DNA from: the human T2T-CHM13v2.0 reference genome, Homo sapiens
Assembly (NCBI RefSeq): GCF_009914755.1
Contig: NC_060936.1
Length of the DNA: 64,000 nt
Direction: 5' to 3' (one strand)
In this document: positions 26,776 to 41,120 of the stretch, piece by piece
Numbering within the stretch: the stretch's first letter is position 1
Layout of the letters: every line of letters starts with the position of its first letter
Notes under the pieces: model-generated
Told to the model about the DNA's origin: nothing
What the model saw: only the letters and a program-made list of their open reading frames with translations
Database searches by the model: none
Translations under genes and position numbers: made by a program

Positions 26776-27254
26776 TGTGATAGCTGAATAATGACATCTC
26801 CTAATGCCTAAAGGCTGAACAATGACACCCACGTTCTAACACCTGGAATCTGAGTATGTGACCTCACCTAGCAAAAGGGACTTGGCAGATGCGATTCTGT
26901 TAAGGATCTTGAGCCGGGGAGATGACCCTGGGTTATCCAGATGGGTCAGCAGAATCACACAGGGCCCTATAAAAGGGAGACAGTTCAGAGAGGACAGACG
27001 TGCTATGTTGATGATTAAGATGGAAAAAGGGGTAACAGCCCAAGGAATGCAGGTGGCCTCAGGAGCTGGGAGAAGCAAGGAACAGATCCTCCTCTGGAGC
27101 TTCTGGAAGGAACCAGCCCTGTCAACCCTTGATTTTAATCCCATGAGACTCATTTTGGACCTCTGACCTCCATAAGTGTAAGAGAATAAATGGGTGTTGT
27201 TTTAAGCCACTAAGTCTGTGGCAATGTGTCACACAACAATGAGAAACAGATACA
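26776..27254 (+). mobile_element. MaLR LTR (MLT1D-like)
   Basis: aaagggacttggcagatgcgatt...ttggacctctgacctcc...aataaatgggtgttgttttaagccactaag. Confidence 0.9.
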
Positions 27255-27366
27255 TTGTACAAGACCATGTACCCCCCTCGGGCAGAAGGCCGACATACCA
27301 TAGCGTAGGGAAAGTTTCAAGGACAACAGCGAGAAAACGATTTTTATGTTGCAACAATTTCAGATG

Positions 27367-27684
27367 TATTTATTTATTTTTATGTTTTTGAGACAGGGTT
27401 TCACTTTGTCACCCAGGCTAGAGTGCAGTGGCGCAATCACGGCTCACCGCAGCCTCAACCTCCTGGGCTCACATGATCCTCTCACCTCAGATCCCCAGTC
27501 AGCTGGAACTATAGACACATGCCACCATACCCAGCTAATTTTTGTATTTTTTGTAGAGATAGGGTTTCACCATGTTGCCCAGGGTGGTCTCAAAGTCCTG
27601 AGCTGAATTCCTGAGCTGAAGCGATCCACCTGCCTTAGCCTCCCAAAGTGCTAGGATTTCAGGCGTGAGCCACCGCACCCGGCC
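27367..27684 (-). mobile_element. AluJ-like
   Basis: Perfect TSD aacaatttcagat; internal cctgagctgaa duplication. Confidence 0.96.
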
Positions 27685-28321
27685 AACAATTTCAGATTTA
27701 TTATGATACAGAATGCAAAACTGCTTGCACGGCTACCCTGCCTCAAAGAACTCTTAGGCTTGTACAAAGACTGTTTCCAACTCTGTCTTCCCGCACAGGG
27801 GTGCCTCCAGCAAATAACTAACATAGTAGTTACTTTGTCTACTAGCAAATAACATATTCATGGGCACATGTGGTGACCTTGCAAGTGGCCCCCTCGGGGC
27901 GTGTATGGCAGGTGCCGGGCTCTAAATCACCTGCACCTGCGTTACGCCAAGCTCCCCATGGGTGCTTCCTGCCACTGAGCAAGCAGGAAGGGAAATAAAG
28001 GCAGGTCCATCCCAGCGCCATGCGGGACCCTCCGGGAGGGGATCTTGGCCTCAGGACTCCCCATTGGCCGGGGCAAAAACCTTAGAACTGTCTGCAGCCT
28101 GAAGCTCCTCCTACTCCAACTTCATTCCCTCCCTCTCTCCTGCACAGGGGCTGGCCCAGCACGACGGCTTGAAGGATTTCCCTTCCCCCTCGCCGTTCCT
28201 TTTCCCCCCAGAGCCCTTTCCCCCAGTCAGCCTCCTGCATGTCTAATCTCACCTGGGCATCTGCTTCTTGGGGTCGCAAACTGACCCAGCACCATGCGGG
28301 AATTAGAAAAAAGAGGCCCCA

Positions 28322-28645
28322 GGCTGGGCGCGGTGGCTCAGGCCTGTAATCCCAGCATTTGGGAACACCAAGAGTCCAGGACTCTTGAGCCCAGGACTTC
28401 AAGACCAGCCTGGGCAACAGAGCAAGACCCCATCTCTACAAAAAATTTTAAAAACTAGTTGGGTGTGGTGGCACATACCTGTAATCCCAGCTACTCGGGA
28501 GGCTGAGGCAGGAGGATCACCTGAGCCTGGGAGGTTGAGGCTGCAGCAAGCCATGATTGCACCACTGCACTCCAGCCTGAGTGACAGAGCAAGGCCATAT
28601 AGAAAGAAAGAGAGCAAGAAAGGAAGAGAAAAGAAAAGAAAAAAG
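28322..28645 (+). mobile_element. AluJ-like with A/G-rich tail
   Basis: Dimer; TSD-like aaaaagag(g)ccc. Confidence 0.93.
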
Positions 28646-29659
28646 AGCCCTTTGGGTGGATACATTATGAAAATCAGTTCTTCCAGGATGAGTAGTCAAG
28701 CAAGGCCTGGGATCACCCCCACTGCCTCTTCAGTGAGTGCCTTTGTACAGTGCACAACACACACACTGTGCATGGACGGTGCTGACCCCCCAGGCGGTAC
28801 CTGTGACTCCTGGGCTGTAGGGGGATTTTGTGGGGACACGAGTATAAGGCAGGCCAGGAAGATCCCCCTCACTACTCAGGCCTGTGCCCGCCCCCCATAT
28901 GGCTACAGTCCAGTGATGCTGCATCGTGGCCACTCCCTCTGGCTAGCCCTGGAGGTTTCTACCTTGCCCCAGTCTCCACCTGGCTCATGCTACCCCCTCA
29001 CTGGGGCCCCGGGGCTTTGGAGTTCACCCCGCCCTGTGCTGACTCTGGCTGAGCAACCAACTTGCTGTGTGACCTTGGTCCAGCCGCTGCCCGTTTCTGA
29101 GCCCAGCTCTCAGGTTCTTGAAACAGGGCGTACAGGCTCCTCTCCTCTTCAATGGCCCTCCAGGCTCCTGTGCTCTGACAGGCTGTGGGAAGATGGAGAG
29201 GGAGATAAAGAGAAAATAGTTCTGCTTAATTGCCTCATTAAGCGCTCCTTGTTGGGAAGCCAGAATTGGAGGCCTCCTCTGTTTCTTCGCCTGCCTGCAC
29301 CCTCCCCAGCTGAATGAGGCAGCTGAATGCGAAGCAGGGAGAGTCGGGGGCTAGAGAAGGATCCTTAGGAAGGGGCAAGATTTTGGCTAAGCCCCAGCCC
29401 AGTGAGCTCACATCTGTTTTGTAGCTTCACTAGTCAGGATTCCACTGGGCTGCATGTAACAGAACCCGGCCACACGGTGCAAACTCAGCATAGAGCACCT
29501 GCCCCTGCCCCACCTCAGGGCTCCTCAGACCTCTGGCATCTGGGCACCCCAACACCTTTGCCATGTGTATGCCTCTGTCCTACCCCGAGTTACTTAACTT
29601 TTTCTAAGCTGGCCCAATTGGTTTTACTTCAATAAATTTACTATTAATAAGAAGAAATT

Positions 29660-30135
29660 TACTCCTTCTATGTCTACCAAAAGGTATATACAAGAATGTT
29701 TCTAGAAACTCCATTTGTAGTTGCCCATTACAGGAAATCCATCCAAAGATGGCTAAGTGAGCTGCGGTCTGTTCACATTGAGGGAGGTTATATGGCAACA
29801 GTAAAGAACGCAGCACAGTTACGCACATGAATGAGTCTCGTGGACACTGTGGGGAGCCACAGACGCCGGCTGCGGAAAGGCACACGCCACATGTTTCCAT
29901 GTGTAGGAAATTCCAGAGAGAAATCCCTCTATAGGGAGAGAAGTCAAAATAGCAGGGACCCCCCCCAGCAGGGGTGGGTGCTACTGACTGGGATGTGGCA
30001 GGGGGACGCGCCTTCTGGGGAAGCCTTCTTGGGGTTGGAGATGTGCTTTATCCTGATTTGGGTAGCAGTTTCCTGGGTACACACATGGAAATCACATCAA
30101 GCTGTACATTTCAGATCAGTTCCCTTTATACTCTG
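29660..30135 (+). mobile_element. Old L1M (L1ME-like) 3' region
   Basis: caagaatgtttctag...atgaatgagtctc...catcaagctgtacatttcagatc. Confidence 0.7.
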
Positions 30136-30140
30136 AGAAA

Positions 30141-30145
30141 TAGAT

Positions 30146-30193
<48 letters not shown>

Positions 30194-30206
30194 CAGACAG
30201 ATAGAT
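30141..30206. repeat. (GATA)12 tetranucleotide STR with TAGATGA/CAGA variants
   Basis: 48 bp pure GATA at 30146-30193. Confidence 0.98.
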
Positions 30207-30236
30207 GTTTCAGCAGAAATAAGAAAGTTAAGAAAT

Positions 30237-30522
30237 AGGCCAGGCGCCTGTAATCCCAGAACTTTGGGAGGCCAAGGTGGGCAGATCACTTGAGGCCAGG
30301 AGTTTGAGAAGAGCCTGGCCAACATGGTGAAACCCTGTCTCTACTAAAAATATAAAAATTAGTCGGGTGTGGTGGTGCACACCTGTAATCCCAGCTACTC
30401 AGGAGGCTGAAGCAAGAGATTAGACCCGGGAGGCGGAGGTTGCAGTGAGCCGAGATCACGCCACTGCACTCCAGCCTGGGCAACAGAGCCAGACTCTGTC
30501 TCAAAAAAAAAAAAAAAAAAAG
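30237..30522 (+). mobile_element. AluS-like with small 5' deletion
   Basis: TSD-like gttaagaaa on both sides. Confidence 0.95.
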
Positions 30523-30532
30523 GTTAAGAAAC

Positions 30533-30620
30533 AGAAAAGGAGGGAGGAAGGGTAGGAGGAAGGGAGGGAGGGAGGGAAGGTGGAGAGGAAAGAGGGAAGG
30601 AAGGAAGGGAGGGAGGGAGG
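30533..30620. repeat. (GGGA/GGAA)n polypurine tract
   Basis: Direct inspection. Confidence 0.9.
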
Positions 30621-31247
30621 TCTCATTCACTGATGTCCTAAGTGCTGGATCCTGTGAAACAGTGGTTTCGTAGTTGTCTTGAGAGAGGAGGGCAGCTTCA
30701 GTCTTCGGTGGGAGTTTTGCTGCCTCTCCACAGTGTTTATTGAGGACGGAGCTGAGCTAGGCATAGGCCTAACCTCTTGGCCACCCTTTGGGGCAGCTGC
30801 AACTTTTAGCAGAGGCGTCATGACTTCCTCCGAGCAACAGCTCTGAGAGTGATTAGCACGGGGCACAGCTGGGACCCAGCCACTGGGCTCCAAGCCTGTG
30901 ACTGTCACCCCTGCTCCCCAACTCAGTGGTCTCCCCCAAGTACCACCTTCCTTTCATCTCGTGAATCTTTCCGAAGACTGTCCTAGTCCTAGCAGAGGGC
31001 CATGTGCTGGGCGAAGCAGACTTGCCCTAATGAAACTTTACGGTCATAGGCCCCAGATCCTCCACTGAGCTCCAGGGTGGTGGGAACGTGGTGGAACGGC
31101 AACACGCTGAGACCTTCCTCGGGAGGAGGGCTCCCCACCCCCACAGCACTGTAAGCAGAGATTGCTGTAGTCCAATCACCAACCACCCCTTCTCCCTTAG
31201 TACTAGAAACGCTGGCTTTTAGCTGGGCACTCCGGCGACAAGACTAA

Positions 31248-31735
<488 letters not shown>

Positions 31736-32346
31736 CTGGAATGGCCATTTTAGGCCACGAGATGGAAATGATGACTCCCTCTGGATTTTGTCTCTCTGTG
31801 GGAAGGAAACTCATAACTTATTTAAACCACCATTATTTTGGGTTCTGTGTCATTCACTGCCAAATGTCCTCCAAACTCATGATGGCTGCAAAGTTTCTAA
31901 TCAATCAAGGATTCCTGGGACGTGGGGCAGCCTCTAAGTTACCTTGTTCTGGTTGGGAGAAAGCGGCCTTTTACAGGGGTGATACCAAGGCTGGAGCGCT
32001 GATCACAGAGGAGGTGCCTGGGCTGACAAAGGGACCCTTCTGCTTGTGTATTCTGAACATGTGTGTGTCCAAACGGTGTGATTCCAATCCCTCTTACCTT
32101 TCAAGCGTTACCCACTTTGAGGAGAAATAATCCAAATAACAAACTAGACCCCTTCAGTTATTACATCACTCCTGTTCTAAACCCACTTCCTCAATAGCTT
32201 TTAAATTAAAAATTATTTCAAACACACAAAGTGTGCAGTTAATAATGAAACTGATTGCACATATCCAACCACCTGGATTAAACGGATATTAACATTCCGC
32301 CAAATTTCCTTGAGGTCTCTCATTCTAGAGAAACAAAAAGTCACAG

Positions 32347-32748
<402 letters not shown>

Positions 32749-33340
32749 TCATCAACAATAGATCATGCAGTAAAAAACCACTTTCTCGTTCTAACGGGTT
32801 AAACTCATTCTTTCAAATATTTGCTGATACCTGGCTGACATTATCACTTCACAATTTATCTAGGACAACCAGACCCCCTGGAAGTCCCTGTGTCTTTAGG
32901 GAGATTTTTTTTTTTACCACCAATATTGCCTAAAGACAGATGTGCTATTTTATCTTTTTCTAGCACATATTACAATAAATGTGTGACTACGGAAATTAAA
33001 AGACAAAAGTTGAACGGTGCACCAGTTAAAATTGTCCTGAGTACCACCCAGGGAACACTAACTACCAGCTGGGAACACAGCTCTAACCAGTCCTGGGAGA
33101 GCTAGGTTCTATGACCCCATCTTCCTCCACAGGTCAGCCAAACCAGAACATTCCAGACACTTCTGAGTGTATCCTGTGACCTTAATAATAAATTTTGAGC
33201 ACTGATGCTCATGATATAAATATTTCTAACTTGTAAATTGTGGACATGGCTTCTACATTCCTTAGCTGTTTTCTTCTTACTCGGCTAGTCTTCCCCCTAC
33301 AGGGGGATTTTTAAGCCACATGTCCATTTTGTGAGGATGA

Positions 33341-33650
<310 letters not shown>

Positions 33651-33794
33651 TGAGGGTTATTTTAGTTAACACCAGATGCCCTCATCCTTAGAGTCGCAGG
33701 GCCAGTCAGGTTCATACTGCAATGCACTGCTATTTGCTGACAAGTACTGAGGACACCACCCCCATCCCAGGTGCTCGTGGAAGGAAAATAAACA

Positions 33795-33960
33795 GCAAGC
33801 ACTTACTGAGCAGGAGCTATGCACTAGGGCCTGTTCTAAGCGCTTTACACCAGCTAGCTCACTTAATCCCCGCCACAGCCCAGGAGGCCATTATCCCATT
33901 TTAGGACTGAAGTTCAGAGAGGCTGAGAAACCTGGCCAAAGCCCCAGAGCTGTCAAAGAC
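33795..33960 (-). mobile_element. MIR
   Basis: cacttactgagc...gttctaagcgctttac...ttatcccatttt. Confidence 0.75.
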
Positions 33961-33961
33961 A

Positions 33962-34175
33962 GCTGCTAGCTCCTTGTGTCCTCCCAGGGCAGAAAAAGGG
34001 CTTAGAGAGCTCTCTGGGGTCCCTTTTATAAGGGACTGGTCCCATCGTGAGAGATCTACTCTCACGACCTAACCACCCCTCAAAGGCCCCACCCTCTAAG
34101 GCCATCACATCGGGGCCAGGGTCTCAACATATGAATTTGTTGTGAGGGGTTGCACAAACATTCAGTCCATTGCAC
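33962..34175 (-). mobile_element. MaLR LTR fragment (MLT1A/MST-like)
   Basis: ctctctggggtcccttttataaggg...caacatatgaatt...caaacattcagtccattgca. Confidence 0.85.
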
Positions 34176-34186
34176 ATATTGTATCA

Positions 34187-34508
<322 letters not shown>

Positions 34509-34519
34509 TAACTTTAATT

Positions 34520-35050
34520 GGCAATATCAAGTGTTGATGAGGATTTAAAGGTGGGAGAGTAAATTGTTACAATCATTTTGGAAAATTGTCGCCAGCTACT
34601 GAATCCAAGAACATGACTACTCTGTGGTCCAGTAATCCCATTCCCAGATACACTCCCAAGAAAAATGGGGGTATCCGTTCATCAGAGGACATGGATAAGA
34701 ACCTCTACACCACCTCGATCTGTAATAGCCCCACACTGAAAACAATCCAAACATCCGTCAGCTCTAGAATGAAAAACAAACGACGACCTATTCATGTAAT
34801 TGAAAACTGCACAGAAATTAGCAAGCACGAGCTGCAGCTTCCGGACAGCGAGAGCAACCCTCACTGGAGGATATGCAGATGAGGCCAGACACCGAGGGGT
34901 GAGAGTTCACGCACTGTGTGAGGCTCTGGAACAGCAGAGAGGGTCTGTGGGGATAGAGCCTCTATCATGGTTACCCCTGGAGGATGGGGCACAAGGGAAC
35001 TCTTGGATGATAGGAACCTTCCACGTCCTGGTCTGAGTACTAACGCCAAG
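34520..35050 (+). mobile_element. Old L1M ORF2-end/3'UTR fragment
   Basis: tacaatcattttggaaaa...ccagtaatcccattcccagata...aacaatccaaacatcc. Confidence 0.75.
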
Positions 35051-35147
35051 GTGGAAATGTGCAGACGTCTGTCACAATCCATCACTCACGGAAGATTTCT
35101 GCAGCTTACCATGCATCCATACATTCCACGCATTGTTCCTCTGTCGT

Positions 35148-35485
<338 letters not shown>

Positions 35486-35537
35486 TAGGGTCTCCGTCAG
35501 CGTGTTGAGATGCTCGCATTAAGAGGGGCGTGAATTA

Positions 35538-36105
<568 letters not shown>

Positions 36106-36379
36106 AAAATTATTTTTTATTATAAAAAAGAGGGGCACGAGAGAAGGGACGCAATTGTGGAAACTGCACACTTAGGTCCTCACCCTCACTAGTTGAGCGC
36201 AATGGCCTGGCCATTGGCTGGGTATCGAAGTTTCTCTCTCTCCAAAGACGCAGAGTCGAATTAGTGTGAGTGACATGTGTTTGACAGGTGTCCAGCTCAT
36301 CATGTAGACAGGCCAAGCCTTCCGGCTGGGAAGTGCTAGGCGTGGGGCAGCTCTGCACCCCTGTCTCTGCTCTGCCGCT

Positions 36380-36520
36380 CGCAAGCTCTGTGACCTTGGG
36401 GAATTCACTCAACGTTCCTGAGCCTCCATTTCCTTCTCTGTAGAATGGGGATGACGGCAGCAGTGACATCACAGTTTCGGCGAGAATTCCAAGAGATCGT
36501 GTGTGCGCGCGTGCTAGTCA
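36380..36520 (+). mobile_element. MIR
   Basis: ctctgtgaccttggg...tgagcctccatttccttctctgtagaatgggga. Confidence 0.8.
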
Positions 36521-36919
36521 TTCATCCCATGCATATTTGTTGAGCCTGACTGTGTATCAGGAAGGGTGGGTCCAGCCGTGACAAAACAGGCACAGCCCCA
36601 GGCCTTGGGTGCTTTCTAGGGGGAAGTAGACAAGAAGCCCAAGAAGTCAGCACATGCCGGGGGTGTCAGAAGGTGAGAAGTACTGGGGGTAGCAAAGCAG
36701 GGAAGGCAGGAGGAACGGGGAGATGCAGGGCACTCCTGGCACCACCCGGATTCCCCTGCTGGCCCCCTTCCACCCTGAGCACCGCCGGGGGTGACTGCCT
36801 TCATCCAAGTGGGAGTGTCTCCCAGGCCACAGCCAGTGACCAAAACAGACTGACACGGGGAGCAGGACGGAGGGGAGGGCAGAAGCCTGGCCCCCTGAGA
36901 GGAAGGACTAGGAAAGATT

Positions 36920-37465
36920 CTGGTGCACAGGCATTCACAGCAGCACCAGTCACAATGGCCAAAAGGTAGGAACAGCCCAAGTGCCCATCAGGAGATGACA
37001 AATAACACGAGGGGCGCCTCCATGCAGGGGATATTGTTGAGCCGTGAAGAGGAATGCCACTCCTGTGAACTCAACTTGCTCTGAAAAGTAAAGTCTATTC
37101 AAAATGAAAGTGCGGCGGGAAGGAAGGAAATTCTGACTCAGGCTCTAACGTAAATGAACTTTGAAGACACGATGCTAAGTGAAAGTAGCCAGATGCATGA
37201 TTCCGGTTAAATAAAGTGCCTAGAGCAGGCGGATTCACAGAGACAGACAGTACGTTAGCGCTTACCAGGGGCTGGGGGACGGGAATGACAGTTATTGCTT
37301 AATGGGGACAGAGTCTGCTTGGAGTGATGAAAACCTTTCAGAACAGGAGAGTGGTGATGGTCAAGCAACACTGTGAATGTCCTTAATACCACTGAATTGT
37401 ACCTTTAAAAATGGCTAAAGTGGTACATTTTATGTTATGTGTATTTTACCACAATTGAAAATAAA
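36920..37465 (+). mobile_element. L1MB-like 3' end
   Basis: cacaatggccaaaaggtaggaacagcccaagtg...gtggtgatgg...ttatgtgtattttaccacaat. Confidence 0.9.
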
Positions 37466-37469
37466 GCAA

Positions 37470-37856
<387 letters not shown>

Positions 37857-37971
37857 TCAGAGCCCCCCGTGGGTCCAGGCTGAGGCCGCCCTCCCTCCCT
37901 CTCCTGTAAAAACCTCTCTCTCTGGCTCTGCTTCTGGGGCCCTGGATCTAGGTCAGGAGGGCTGTGATTTA

Positions 37972-38385
<414 letters not shown>

Positions 38386-38398
38386 TCCTGTTCCCGAG

Positions 38399-38551
38399 AC
38401 AAAGAAAGAAAGACGGAAGAAAGAAGGAAAGAAAGAGAGAGAGAAAGAGAGAAAGAAAGAAAGGAAGGAAAGGAAAGGAAAGGAAAGGAAAGGAAAGGAA
38501 AGGAAAGGAAAGGAAAGGGAAAGAAAGAAAAAGAAAGAAAGAAAGAAAGAG
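38399..38551. repeat. Compound polypurine microsatellite (GAAA)n/(GA)n/(AAAGG)10
   Basis: Pure AAAGG at 38469-38518. Confidence 0.97.
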
Positions 38552-39699
38552 ATCCTGTTCCTGAGACAAGGGGACCGAGGTACAGAGAGGAGCTTTGCCT
38601 GGGCCACAATTGTACAGGGTGATGGCACAGGGGGCACACGGGGCACAGATTGCAACTCCTGCCTCCCTGTCCCCTTCTCTCCACATGGCAGGCTTGGGCT
38701 GGCTGCTTAGGGTTAGAGGCAGAAGCCTCTTTTGCAGGGACCTTCAGAAGTGGCAGAGGATCTGGTTTGAGAGACAACAGACAGGAACAAATGGCTGGAA
38801 TATTGAGCCTCAGGACATTCCTGCTCTGTGGGCCCTGCCCTGAAGGCCTTGGCTTATTAAACCCATAGATAGCCCACGCCTAACGGGAGCTCTGACCTCA
38901 CAGACTGTGGCCACCGCGGCCACCATGATCTCGCCTGCTGCTCAGCGTTTGCCTGGGAGCTACCAGGCTCATGTTGCACCCACAGGAGCTGGGAGCCGAT
39001 TGCAGGGCCCGGCTGGGCGTGGCGGGAAGTCGAATTTTCTTGGTGTCTAGAGAGTGAGTAGTGAGCAGAGGTGTCTCAAGACACACAACTCCAGGTTTCA
39101 TTATCTGCCCTCGATGCCGGAATAATCACTGTGTACACACAGTGTGGGATCCCAAACAGTGCTGACTGTGTCCCCTGCTCAAAGTGCTGGCTGATGACAG
39201 GGATGTTGCATTGAAATAATTATGGCTTCCGCCTGTGAAGAGGTGGGAGGAGAGGAAGAGAGAAGATCCCAGCAGGAGTCGGCAAAGAGAACAATCTGCT
39301 TTCTTGCAGAGACAAAGCAGCCACCCTTGACTAGGGGGTCTGCAGTGGCTCCAGAAAGACCCCAGCTTCTTCACCACTAGGAACAAGACTCTTGGTCAGA
39401 AGAGGCCAAGAAAGAGACATAGACCCTGTTCTACCAAGGGCTGCCGAGGGGTGGCTGGAGGCTTCGGGGTGTCCCGTAGAATAGTAGAGTGTGGACTGTA
39501 AAGGTTGCCACAATGTCTCAAATATCGGCCTCTCTAACCTACTGCTGCTGCTGTTGACAGGAGGAAGCAGGGAGAAGGGAGCACTGTGTCTTGAGCACTT
39601 CCCGTGTGCCCAGCACAGTGCTGGGGGCTTTACTGGATGTCTTTTATGGAGCTCTAGCTGTATGCTCAAACATTCCATAGTTATCTATTGAGCACCTAC

Positions 39700-40150
39700 T
39701 ATGTGCTGCTTGACAACCAACCACAGAACCTCAACGTGTACAACAATCACTATGTACCTGGCTGGTGTGTTAGCAGGGCGGCTGGCGCTGGCTGATCTAG
39801 GCTGGCTCGCCCGCCGGGCTCTGCTGACCTCACCTGGATTCACCCAGCTGCTGCAGGTCGGCTGATCTAGGTGTGGCTCAGCCCCACATATCTCTCATCC
39901 ACTCTGTGGGACCAGTGGCCACTCAGCACATTCTCCTTATGGCAAAGGAGGAGGAGCAAAAAAGCAAACATAGTCAATGGAGGTCCCTAGACACGCATGC
40001 TCAGACCTGGCACACACTCGTGTCAGCTTCGTGCTTTTGGTTAAAGCCAAAGTCAAGGAGTAGAAAAACAAACTTCACCTCCACAATGGGAGGAACTGAG
40101 AGGGTGCAAACACAGGGCAGGAGGAAGGATGAGGTCAATTCTGCAATACG
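39700..40150 (-). mobile_element. Old MaLR LTR (MLT1-like)
   Basis: caaccacagaacctca...ggctgatctagg...ttctccttatggcaaagg. Confidence 0.6.
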
Positions 40151-40224
40151 GAGCCCTCACGTACTGCATTCCAATGGGTGCCACTTGCCCGAAGAGGCCA
40201 TTGTTTATTAGACGCCAGGTGTGG

Positions 40225-40620
40225 GCACTCGTTCACGCATTCTGCTAATGTGCACTGAGCACCTCCCAGCACTGCAGAACTGGCACCTGGTAAGTTACAA
40301 AACCAGATGAGTCCCGGCCCTCCTGGCTCCCACAGGGTGTGTCGGGGGAGGGACTCGAGACGTGGTGTCATGCACATGACTGTCAGCTGTGCCCAGTGGC
40401 CTGAACAGGAGTTGCTTGTGCTGTGGGTGCCTGTAACAGAGGGCCGCACCCAGTCTTGGGGGTGAGGGAGCTTCCCCAAGGACATGAGGATGACGATGGA
40501 GCTGGCATTTGAGGGACAAGTGGTAACACTCTCGTGGAGAGAAGGAAAAAGCATCCTAGGCCGAGGGCTCAGCAGGTGCGAAGGCCATGTGGTGAGAGGT
40601 TTGCTTGCAGAGGTGAAGAA
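40225..40620 (-). mobile_element. L2 fragment
   Basis: ctcgttcacgcattc...tgcactgagcacctccc...agcatcctaggccgaggg. Confidence 0.65.
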
Positions 40621-41120
40621 GGTAGGGGGCTTAGGGGGCAGTTGTGACATAAGCAATGGACCCTGAGCACCAATCCCAGTCTTCACCGCCACTGGCCCCA
40701 TGTGCACGGCGATTGGAGCTTTCCAGCTTTAAGGGCCTGCAACCATGACCAAGGCCTTAAACAGAGAAGACACGCCTCTGAAATAGAAAAGCCAATGGCA
40801 AAATCAAAATTGATAGGTGTCATGGAACACTAGGCAACCAAAAAAAGAATGAAACCATGTCCTCTGCAGGAACATGGATGGAGCTGGAGGCCATTATCCC
40901 TTGCAAACTAATGCAGGAATAGAAAACCAAATACTGCATGTTCTCACTTATAAGTGGGAGCTAAATGATGAGAACACATGGACACACAGAGGGGAACAAC
41001 AGACACCGGGCCCTACCTGAAGATGGAGGACAGGAGGAGGGAGAGGAGCAGGAAAAATAACTAATGGGTACTAGGCTTAGTGCCCAGGTATTAAGTACTA
41101 TGGTACTAAGTACCTTAGTA

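Noticed and set aside
27880-27905. CTCF-like gtggccccctcggggcg
   Set aside because: Several mismatches at informative core positions
28385-29317. Longest ORF (310 aa)
   Set aside because: Non-ATG start inside an Alu; runs through the Alu tail and MIR-like sequence; no recognisable domain
32900-33250. AT-rich stretch as a possible CNE
   Set aside because: Resembles decayed hAT/Charlie-type DNA transposon sequence; family could not be assigned
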